Shown here: piece by piece, positions 37,601 through 46,727 of the stretch
Layout of the letters: each line of letters opens with the position of its first letter
Position numbering within the stretch: the stretch's first letter is position 1
Assembly: GCA_048213135.1 (NCBI GenBank)
Contig: PS015194.1
Span: 73,234 to 119,960 of the forward strand
Length of the DNA: 46,727 bases
DNA from: Reclinomonas americana ATCC 50394
Lineage: Eukaryota
Direction: 5' to 3'
The notes under the pieces: generated by a model
What the model was told of the DNA's origin: nothing
The model's database searches: none
Seen by the model: only the letters and a program-made list of their open reading frames with translations
Translations under genes and position numbers: made by a program

Positions 37601-37874
37601 AAAACGCACCAGTGTTGCGCATAAAGAGCGCAATGTTGAAGGCGACGGGTGTGAGCGGGTGTGTGGGTCGCAGGAGGGACCAGTTGGGTGGGAGTGAGTC
37701 GGAGGCGCGCTGGCTGCGGAGGACGCGGTGGGGGGCCAGTGGCGGAGTTGAGCTGGTGTTGGAGGCGAGGTTGACCTTGAAGGCGGAGGCAGTGGAAGCT
37801 GAGGCCAGAAGCAGCGCGGTCGCCAGCACAGTGGCGATGGCGGCCACGAGGGCAATGTGTGTGCGAGCGCTCAT
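34674..37874 (-). CDS. Secreted/lysosomal serine-carboxyl peptidase, family S53 (sedolisin / TPP1 / physarolisin-like), with prodomain
   Basis: Signal peptide MSARTHIALVAAIATVLATALLLASA and prodomain VSNPKSAVYGQYLTREE. Catalytic motifs: GESDLDVQYI, SVSYG, GDDGS, SPYVTSVGATQ, GGGFS, RGYPDLA, VDGTSCSSP, GYLNPMLY, FNDITSGNN, GWDPVTGLGSPNF. Stop TAA at 34674. Confidence 0.95.
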
Positions 37875-38264
37875 GGAGATGAGGAGAAAAGCGAATGGGG
37901 GTCGTTGAAATCCGGCGCGCGGACGAGATTCGAATCCGGCAACAACTTCGCCGCCAAACGTTGACTGCTGCGCGGCATTGACCCCCGTCCGGGAGGTGGC
38001 AGTCACTGCGACGGAGTTGACACGAGTGTGTGGCTGTGTCTGCGTCTGTGCACGATCATGAGAAACATGCATGCAGCGGTCGACGTCGTGCTCGTGCTCG
38101 GATTTGATCATGCATGCATGCATGCAAACAGTTTGAGATTACAGCAGCGCTACTTGTACGTTTGCACGTGGTAGGGATTGCCATGGAGTAGAACACACAA
38201 AGTCAGTGTCTTGCCTTCCCGCGGTGTGTTGTCATGGGACACTCGTCGTTGTTGTTGTCGCAAG

Positions 38265-38866
38265 ATGCCCGCGCACGAGCCTCCATCGCTGCGCCACCGA
38301 CCACCACCTGCCCACGAAGAGCATCACCATCAACAGCAGCATCACAGTGGCTCCACACACATGACAGCAGTTGCATTCGAACTCATCATCGCTCACTGTC
38401 ACTCCGACTCACACGTCAACGCACACACAGTCACACGCATGGGCGCATGAACCCTGCAAAGGTTGCTCTTTCTGTCTCTCTCTCTCTCCCGCGTGCACAC
38501 NNNNNNNNNNNNNNNNNNNNNNNNNNNNTGAGGCGCGCGGCTTGCCCGACGACTACAGTTTGCTGCGGGAGCAGGAGGTGCTGATGGACGTGATCAAGGG
38601 CGTGATGATTGGCAGTTGCGTGCTCCCTCCCTCATAAGTTGCATTCCTTTTGATTGGCGCTCATCTCTTTTCGCCCAGCCATCTCGGGACTCATCTATGC
38701 CTCGCGCGTTCCGGAGCGCCTCTTCCCCGGCCGCTTCGATCTGGCCTTCAACTCGCACAACATTTTCCACGTCCTCTCGGCCTGGTCCGTGTGGGTGCAC
38801 TACTTTGCACTGCGCGACTACATGCAGTGGCGCTTGAATAGTCCTTGTCCATTCGCCCCCGAGTGA
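38265..38866 (+). CDS. PAQR / adiponectin-receptor (haemolysin-III) family membrane protein; most of the middle is lost in the gap at 38501-38528
   Basis: The last exon GLIYASRVPERLFPGRFDLAFNSHNIFHVL...HY...CP is the AdipoR/PAQR C-terminal signature. The start at 38265 (MPAHEPPSLRHRP) is tentative. Confidence 0.82.
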
Positions 38867-38917
38867 ATGGAGGAGGATCTCAATTATTCACCTTGTATAT
38901 TTTTCTCCACCGCCACG

Positions 38918-41395
38918 TCAGGTGACTCCCACCGCGGCGAGTTCCTCCCGCAGTCGCGAGAGGTACGTGGGATCGGGGTAGCCGTAGCTTGCCGTGCCGC
39001 CTTGCATGTTGGTGCGATGGTGAATGCACCACACCACCTGGTCGTCGCGACCTGTGGTCACCGACTGGCCCACGGTGAACACCAGGCGTCGGTCGAAGGC
39101 TCGTTGCAGCAGCTGTGCACACTCGCGACCCTCGTCGGTGGCCGGAATGTAGGCCGTGCGCCGCGTGCCGCGATACGGTCGACCGGGATGCGGATGCTCG
39201 GGACCCTGTCTGCCGTCGGGGAACACGTAGTCGATCACAATGGTGCCGACTCCGGGGTGGCCGGCGCACGACTGGGAAATCTCGCGCATGTGACACGTGC
39301 CGGGCGGTTGCGTGCCCGTCTGCTCGCCGTACACACGCGTGCACACCGGGCACTTGACGAACTCTGTCCGTGTGTGTGCGATGCCGACAAAATTGAGAAC
39401 GCACACTTTCTCTCGCGACTGCCGTCGACCCTCTGTGACTCACCATTCGACGCGAGCGACTTGCACATGGCCTTCATGCACTCTGCGTGCACGTGAAAAT
39501 GCGCGGTGCACTCAGCCAGCGACGCCGTCTGATCTCCTCCCTCGAATTCGCACATGCACAACGCGCAGTCCTTGCAGTCGGCCGGCCGCGACCATGTCGA
39601 CCACACCCAGAAGGGCGGCAGATCGCCGGCGATTTCGAGAACGTGACACGGTCCGTGATTCGAGTCCACCAACGGCTGAATATCCGGATCGTATCGCAGC
39701 TCGTTGTCGACCAGGAACTGAGAAGCGGCCGTGAAAATCAACGACACACACCACACACAATCCTGTACGCCTCAACAAGCGCCGCACCTGATACACATGT
39801 CTTCCCGGCGGCATGTCTACGCGGAGTGAATACACCAGGGGGTCGGAGGCGCTCTGCACCATGTCACCGGTAAAGAGCGTAACACCTGCATCGTCAAAGA
39901 AGACGATCTTGACGTCTGCTTGCGCTCCATAACGCCACACCGCCATCCACTCGGTCAACACCGCCGGTGTGGCTGCGGTGGCCTCCGGGGCGGCAGCAGT
40001 CGCGGTGGTCGTCGTGGTGGTGGATGAGGAGGAGGAAGAGCCGCCAGTAGGTGACACAGTCGACCGCGTCGAATGGCTCTGCAACGAAAGTCAGGGAAGC
40101 AGTTCAAGGGGTTGGCACGATGGAAATCAACACGCAACAGCGCTGCCATTGCTGGTTGGTTGGTGAGTGGTGCCCTCCGGAGATCTCCTTCGCAGCAGTC
40201 GGCAAGTGTTGGTCTCCAGATTGCGCTGCTCCAACTGGCGGACGTCAACCAAGTACCTGAGCCATCAAAGAGTCAGTGCCTGCACTCACTCTCGCGCCAG
40301 CGGAGAGGAGGAGGCGACACGCACCGATTGCCCGCAAAGTTGCACACCATGCACGACTGCACCACCGTGCCGCTGTTGAACGCCAGCAGGAGCCACTCGC
40401 AGAGCAGCACCGCATCGTCAGAGCACGCGGTCCACTGACCACGGCCCGTCTGGAACTCCCACACGCCGGGCGGCGCCGTCAGCAGAGGCACTGCAGCGCA
40501 GCGGCACACTCACATGAGCACGAGCGTACGCCCAGACAAGTCGACAACATTATGCGCACTCACCGATAACCTCCACGTCCGGCGCAAACACACACGATGT
40601 GCTCTGCAGATCCCACTGCGCGCCATTGGACACATCGACCGCAACATTGGCCGCAAAGTCCACAGAGAAGGCGACTGGTGACAATAATGCGCCTTGTGTA
40701 AGCAGCGCCTGAGGCGGACAGACAAGAAACGCACTGTTGCTGCTCGTACTGCTGCTGTAGCCACTCTGGGGGGTACTCTCGTCACCGCTCTCTCCCTTAT
40801 CTCTCTCTCAGCGACTCACGGGGGTGGTTGTCTTGGACTCTCCTCGCACTCTCTTCCTCATGCTCTCCTCATTCTCTGTCTTCCTCGCCTCACTCTCACC
40901 TCCACTCTCCAACACAACCATCACTGGCTGCGCCTGTGGCACTCCCGGGGACGCGTTGCCTAGCTCGGCAGCCATGAGAGTGCGACAATCGTTATCACTC
41001 AGTGCCCGCCACTGCTTTGCTCCTCGACCCCTGCCCCCTCGCTGGCGCATCTCCCACAGCTCCCCGCACATGATTGCAGGCATCGATGAAGGAGGCAAGT
41101 GCTGCATGCGTGCTGTGCCACTTGGAACGCGACTTGAAATCGATCCTGCTGACAGGACACATCCTGCGGGGGGGTTTGGGCTCTTTAATGTACCGCCACG
41201 CCATCCGACGCAGCTTGCACATCCATGAGGCGGCAGAGCGATATCGATATCATGGCCGGCACCACATCGTGCTGATCAAACTGAATGGCCATCTGTAGCC
41301 GCCGCGCGCACCGCCACATCAAGGTCGGCAAAGGGGCATCGCACCACCTCGGCCTGTGCTGTGGTTTGATGACCGATTAATATTGCAGTCCGGTG

Positions 41396-41441
<46 letters not shown>

Positions 41442-41843
41442 GATCGAAGGGAGAGAAACGGAGAGTCACTGGGCGACTGTGCGGGTGCGGCACGATATCG
41501 ATATCTCCTCCGGATCCGATGGGCCATTTCGAATCAGCTTGACTTGGAGTTGTTGAGCATCTTCAAGTGATGCCCGCAGGTCCAGGAGCAGTGGCATATA
41601 ATTGTGACGGAACACTCCCATCAGCCGGTCGACGACAGCAATCGAGCGTTCAAACTGGACGTCTGAGTATGGCTGGCAGAACCAGCTGGCTGCGGTTGTG
41701 TCCAGGGTCTCGCACAGCATCGACTTGACAAAGCCGGTGCAGTTGAACAGCAACTGGCGGTGCTCTTCGGTGAGGGTATCACTGCTGGCTGCAGCCGAGT
41801 CTACACGTGCCCCCAAAAGGACTGAGTTACTGATAGTGGGAGA
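38918..41843 (-). CDS. DTX: Deltex-type E3 ubiquitin ligase: N-terminal helical region, degenerate WWE, WWE, Ser/Thr linker, CBM48-like domain, RING-H2, DTC. 5' part runs into the gap
   Basis: DTC: YGEQTGTQPPG..TIVIDYVFPDGRQGPEHPHPGRPYRGTRRTAYIP..EG..LLQRAFDRRLVFTVGQSVTTG..VVW.IHHRT..YGYPDPTYLSRLREELAAVGV. RING-H2: CALC..C..H.H..C..CPVC. WWE: VWEFQTGRGQWTACSDDAVLLCE..RYLVDVRQLEQRNLETNTCRLLRRR. CBM48-like: VDMPPGRHVYQFLVDNELRYDP. Confidence 0.9.
41401..41441. repeat. (GA)n microsatellite within an intron of the Deltex gene
   Basis: gagagagaga... run, directly visible. Confidence 0.9.
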
Positions 41844-42739
41844 NNNNNNNNNNNNNNNNNNNNNNNNNNNNNNNNNNNNNNNNNNNNNNNNNNNNNNNNN
41901 NNNNNNNNNNNNNNNNNNNNNNNNNNNNNNNNNNNNNNNNNNNNNNNNNNNNNNNNNNNNNNNNNNNNNNNNNNNNNNNNNNNNNNNNNNNNNNNNNNNN
42001 NNNNNNNNNNNNNNNNNNNNNNNNNNNNNNNNNNNNNNNNNNNNNNNNNNNNNNNNNNNNNNNNNNNNNNNNNNNNNNNNNNNNNNNNNNNNNNNNNNNN
42101 NNNNNNNNNNNNNNNNNNNNNNNNNNNNNNNNNNNNNNNNNNNNNNNNNNNNNNNNNNNNNNNNNNNNNNNNNNNNNNNNNNNNNNNNNNNNNNNNNNNN
42201 NNNNNNNNNNNNNNNNNNNNNNNNNNNNNNNNNNNNNNNNNNNNNNNNNNNNNNNNNNNNNNNNNNNNNNNNNNNNNNNNNNNNNNNNNNNNNNNNNNNN
42301 NNNNNNNNNNNNNNNNNNNNNNNNNNNNNNNNNNNNNNNNNNNNNNNNNNNNNNNNNNNNNNNNNNNNNNNNNNNNNNNNNNNNNNNNNNNNNNNNNNNN
42401 NNNNNNNNNNNNNNNNNNNNNNNNNNNNNNNNNNNNNNNNNNNNNNNNNNNNNNNNNNNNNNNNNNNNNNNNNNNNNNNNNNNNNNNNNNNNNNNNNNNN
42501 NNNNNNNNNNNNNNNNNNNNNNNNNNNNNNNNNNNNNNNNNNNNNNNNNNNNNNNNNNNNNNNNNNNNNNNNNNNNNNNNNNNNNNNNNNNNNNNNNNNN
42601 NNNNNNNNNNNNNNNNNNNNNNNNNNNNNNNNNNNNNNNNNNNNNNNNNNNNNNNNNNNNNNNNNNNNNNNNNNNNNNNNNNNNNNNNNNNNNNNNNNNN
42701 NNNNNNNNNNNNNNNNNNNNNNNNNNNNNNNNNNNNNNN

Positions 42740-43375
42740 AAGGAGTGGCAGCGATCACATACGAACCGAGAAGCTGCACCACACTGCGCGCTGCCTGTAA
42801 GACTGGGAGGCCAGAGTGATTGACGGCCTCCCGTGGCCAGCGTTTGATGTGAGCCGGCACTGATGATGCAAATGAGCGCGCGCGCACACACACACAGTCG
42901 CACAAACGTGAGCAACCAAACCTTTCGCCAGTATGTTGCCGATGGTCAGCGAAAACGCTTCATATCGATTCTGTGAACAAGAGACTGCGTGAACATGCAC
43001 CACCAAGACACACGGCGTGTGTCTCATTGTTGCTCTCTGTGTGACAAGCATGCTACACACATAACGCGGACAGCGGCAAACGACACGACAAGCATGATCA
43101 GCAGACCAAATACAGCCAGCTGCTTACCATGGCGACCGTCGACTGAGACACGGAAAGGGGATTCGATCGCGAGCGAGTCGTATGGGAAGCGCCTTGTGAC
43201 CGCGTGTGTGTGGTGGCAGTTTCAAGTGCGTGCGCGCGGCGGTCTACGGTACGGTACGAATTTTCCGGATCCTGCTGTGCACGTGGATGACACTGACCTC
43301 GGTATATGGAACTCGACAACGTATAGACCACTGTGCTGATCGTAGTCGCTCAAACGCCACCGGTAACCGTCTACT
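42740..43375 (-). CDS. Probable coding exons of unresolved gene membership (possibly the 5' part of the Deltex gene), with a filamin/Ig-repeat-like segment
   Basis: GT-AG-bounded blocks: DYDQHSGLYVVEFHIP...GKF, RFPYDSLAIESPFRVSV, NRYEAFSLTIGNILAK, VPAHIKRWPREAVNHSGLPVLQAARSVVQLL. No convincing ATG was found. Confidence 0.35.
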
Positions 43376-43418
43376 GTGTGTATAATAGTGCTCTCTTGGC
43401 GACATACGCCAGAGGAAT

Positions 43419-44240
43419 TTACACCTTGAGGATGCGTGCCAGTGCATCCTCGTCGATCCACGCGCCCTCCTGATCGCGATCCAGCAAGTAGAAGCCACGC
43501 TGCTCCTGCACCTTCAGGTACGCAAAGCGAGGCACGGATTCGTTAGCTGCCCGCTCCTTTTGCTTCAGCTGCGACGACACCACAGTGGTGGAGCCGGCCG
43601 CAAAGGGCGCCGACACGGCCGACACCGGCACTGCGGTCTCCACAGTGTTGCGACCGGCGAAGGAGTAGCAGGTGAACAGTAGCTCCCGAGTGCGCGGTGA
43701 GAACGCCAGCTGCGACGATCAGTAGTGAGCGTTGGCACAGAAGCAGGCGACTCTGCTGTGCACCCGCGTAACCTGTCTCACGTATCGCTTGCCATACAGT
43801 GAGGAAGCATAGGCTGTCGCGATTCCGAGAATGCCAAACGAGGCGACGAGAAGACCACGGATCCACACTGGATACAACTCGTGTGTCTTGTCGTCTGCTC
43901 ACACAGCGCGTCCACAGTGTGTGAGCGAAAAGGGCATCTTGCGCTCTCACTCTTCTTGCACAAACAACAAACCACGCAGATCAAAGGCCGCAAAGGTGCC
44001 CACCGCACCCAGGGTGACCACAAAGCCCAGCGACGCATACCCGAGGAGCCGAGGGACGCGATCCTGTGTGCACGCAGATGAGATCACCGCAGAATGCATC
44101 ACATCGTCTGTCACACACGCTCGTCGACGCACTTGCGGGTTGCGGAAGAGAATGACTGGGGACGAAGAGGGAGAAGGAGGAGACACACTCGTGGCATTGC
44201 TGCTCCATAGTCTCCGCGACAGTGTGCGAATCCACAACAT
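43419..44240 (-). CDS. TMEM223: Mitochondrial inner-membrane protein of the TMEM223 (TMEM70/186/223) family, 4 exons
   Basis: Presequence-like MLWIRTLSRRLWSS and two TM helices (LLGYASLGFVVTLGAVG; WIRGLLVASFGILGIATAYAS). Then KRYVRQL, LLFTCYSFAG and YLKVQEQRGFYLLD..G.W.D, comparable to TMEM223 LKVKGRRFYFLLDKTGHF. Confidence 0.7.
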
Positions 44241-44386
44241 ATCGCTCGGCAACAAACAACAAGAAACGAGCAAGTGATGGAGGACAACGAAGTCTCGAAG
44301 GTGCAACTATGTACAATGCCCACAACTAGCAGCTCTGCTATAGCTATACACAACAACGCTGCTGCTTATATGCGGTAATCGGCGGC

Positions 44387-46288
44387 TTATCTGCTGGGAG
44401 CGTTCATGGACTCGGTGCCGGTGACCACCGATTGCACGAGATGCTGCTGTTGCGTCCACAGGTGCTCGCCGCTGAGACGCTTCAGCGTCTGGCGCCACTC
44501 TTCGGCGGTCAGTGGGAGCATGGCCAGTACGTCTGCGGCTCGGTCCCTTGGTTTCAGGAACCCAGAAAACAAACGAGTGAGTGTCAGAATGCGCAGCTTG
44601 CGAAGCACGTCCGTCCGCACGCAACAATCCTTGCCAGTGCACCATGGCTCCCATGCTGGTGGCGCCAGGCACGCACCGTGCAAACTGCAGGTCGTTGCCT
44701 GTTGGTACTGCCACCAGCCGTCCTGCATGGCGCACCCCTCAAGTCAGTGACGATCGAGAAGACGATCGTGTTGCGACGGCGCACTCACCAGTCACACCAA
44801 ACGGCACCGTAGCGTATGCGTGCACTCGGAGTTTGGCTGCCGCATCAAAGATTGTCATCCAGTCGCCGTCCACCTGCTGCCACATCTCGGTCGCGGCCTG
44901 CGTCTGCCACGCGGTGAAGGGCAATCGGATGAACCTGCGCATCGAAAAATTTGTCAGATGGTTATCGGTCGCCCCCTCGCTCCGACAGCATACACGCACC
45001 GCAGTCCGTGCGACTCGCCACTCCCGGCAGCCTCCTGCGCGGCCTTGACACAGTCCTGCAACGAGAGATAGGCCACGGGCGGATCGCCGGCGCGCGGGGT
45101 CGGTCGGATCTCGCCCCGAACAGGCGGCGGCCGCGTGCAAAAGCTAGTGGTCGTCGACAGGCCGTAGTACTGCAGCACGCCCTCGTTGCGGCGCTCCTCG
45201 AGGAAGCGGAATGCGTCTGTCAGGTACTCCATGTAGCGCTCCCGCCCCAGCGCCACCACCAGATGCTCGCACGAGTTGTGCAGGTACGCCGCATCGAGGC
45301 AATCCACTCCTGCCACGCGGTCAAGTCGTGAGCATGCGGCACAGAAGAACGCCATCACTGCCAGACGCACCGAGGTTATTCATCGCGTCTTCCAGCTGCG
45401 CCTCCAGATTCTCTCGCGAAAGCTGATACGGGACCTGGGCGCAGGCGACGAGTCAGCCGCCGAGTGATTCTCTTTTTTTACTTCTCCGACTCACCTTGCC
45501 GGCCACCGGAGCGGGCGAGTCTTTGGGAGCAAAGCCGACTGCCACCATAGAGAGAGAAAACGGCGAGTGAGCGACGTGCATGCGTGCGAGTGCGAGCGGA
45601 ACAGGCGCAACTCTTGGAGCTGAGGAACAATTCATCGCGACCGGCCAGCCCCTCATCAAACGCCAGTCGCAGTCCTTCACCCACCGCTCTGCATCGCGAC
45701 TCAACAAAGGCACACACAACGGAGGAGGCTGAGCAGACACCACTCTCTCTCTCTCTCTCACCGCTGCGTGTCGCGCCCACGAAACGTGTTGGACGAGTCG
45801 ACGACATTGATTCCACCTGCACTACTTGTCAACTGATGCACCACAGCCGGCGCCAACAAATCGCCCCCGGCCTTCGCAACTGTGCACCGCCGTGGCCACC
45901 GCCAACGCCACCCACTTCTTCGACTCAGGCGTCACCTCGCCCAACGCCGTGGCGATACCTGCCACAGCCATCAATCAGAAAAACGCAATTAGAAAAACGA
46001 TTCCCTCCCGCGCGCTGCGGCACCAATCGTCGACAATCGCAGCGATCCGGCCTCCGGCATTGTATCTCTCCAGAAGCCGGCGACCGCGCGCACTCGCGGC
46101 TGATGCTGCGCCACAGCACGCACCATGGCCGCAGCATCGATCGACCACCACGAGGCGTGCACAGGTGGTGGTGTCACCAGTGCCTCCTCCATCGGCGCCA
46201 GCATCACCGGTCGACTGAGCACGCCATCGACGAAGCGACGAGTGCCGTGCATCGAGCTGCGCACGAACGCCGTGCAACACGAGGCCAT
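44387..46288 (-). CDS. Aldo-keto reductase family protein (prokaryote-like subfamily) with the catalytic Tyr replaced by Phe
   Basis: Spliced: LRLSTIGIATALG, SGINVVDSSNTFRGRDTQRAVGEGL, GRDELFLSSK, VDCLDAAYLHN, AFRFLEERRNEGVLQYYGLST, YLSLQDCVKAA, GLRFIRLPF, TIFDAAAKL. ATG at 46288, stop at 44387. Confidence 0.85.
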
Positions 46289-46727
46289 TTTGCGCTCCAC
46301 ACAACGATTGTCGCGCGCTGATATCGATCGGAAAATCCACTCTGTGTGTCAGTGTGTCAGTGTGTGTGTGTGATGGAGAGCTACCTTGCTGTGTGGGGTG
46401 GTGTGCGACGACGCGATGCGCGCGTTCGATATGCCACTGTGCGCGGATTCAAGGTGTACCTCTTTGCAGAGTACAAGGTCTCTCTCTCACTCGCACACAC
46501 ACTCTCTCTCTCACGTTGACTGATGAGCGCGTCTCTCTCTCTCTCTGTGTGTGTGTGTCGATATGCATTACTAGGATACTGTGTGCGAGGAGAGTGTGTT
46601 TCTGCAGTGGTGCACACTGCAGACGCCGTTGCATAGTGAGACTGTGTTTGAGTTGGTGTTGACTCCGGGTGAGTCGCCACCAGTCACGTACAGGTGAGCA
46701 AAGAGTGTGTGTGTGAGAGTGTGAGAG

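Noticed and set aside
1-41843. RNF213-like and Deltex genes as a ubiquitin-immunity gene cluster
   Set aside because: They are about 22 kb apart and separated by unrelated housekeeping genes, with no evidence of functional linkage.
41466-42915. ORFs spanning N gaps (also around 4652-5591)
   Set aside because: Their length is an artefact of the N runs.
46354-46727. Possible gene start at the right edge (gtgagt/gtgagc donor-like sites)
   Set aside because: The region is dominated by CT/GT microsatellites and has no supported reading frame or motif.
1-46727. tRNA/rRNA genes, transposons or viral insertions
   Set aside because: I recognised no cloverleaf, rRNA, transposase, reverse transcriptase, integrase or terminal-repeat signal by eye; a covariance-model search was not possible.

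Overview
Compact, intron-rich, GC-rich eukaryotic DNA, probably from a protist (introns mostly about 60-100 bp; five N gaps). Spliced by eye, the window holds about 13 genes. In order: (1) a 5'-truncated giant RNF213/mysterin-like AAA+ protein with an extra C-terminal ankyrin/FN3-like extension; (2) NIFK/Nop15; (3) a weak hypothetical gene; (4) a secreted Pro-rich tandem-repeat protein; (5) a coiled-coil protein; (6) a bacterial-type DUF6875-like gene; (7) an SLC18 (VMAT/VAChT-like) vesicular amine transporter; (8) RIF1; (9) an S53 sedolisin; (10) a PAQR membrane protein; (11) a Deltex-type E3 ligase (WWE-WWE-CBM48-like-RING-DTC); (12) a TMEM223-like protein; (13) an aldo-keto reductase lacking the catalytic Tyr. 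The best candidate for an undescribed system is genes 6 and 7, which sit head-to-head 111 bp apart and may form an amine synthesis and vesicle-loading unit. Family calls come from motif recognition from memory, not database searches, and exon boundaries are manual predictions.
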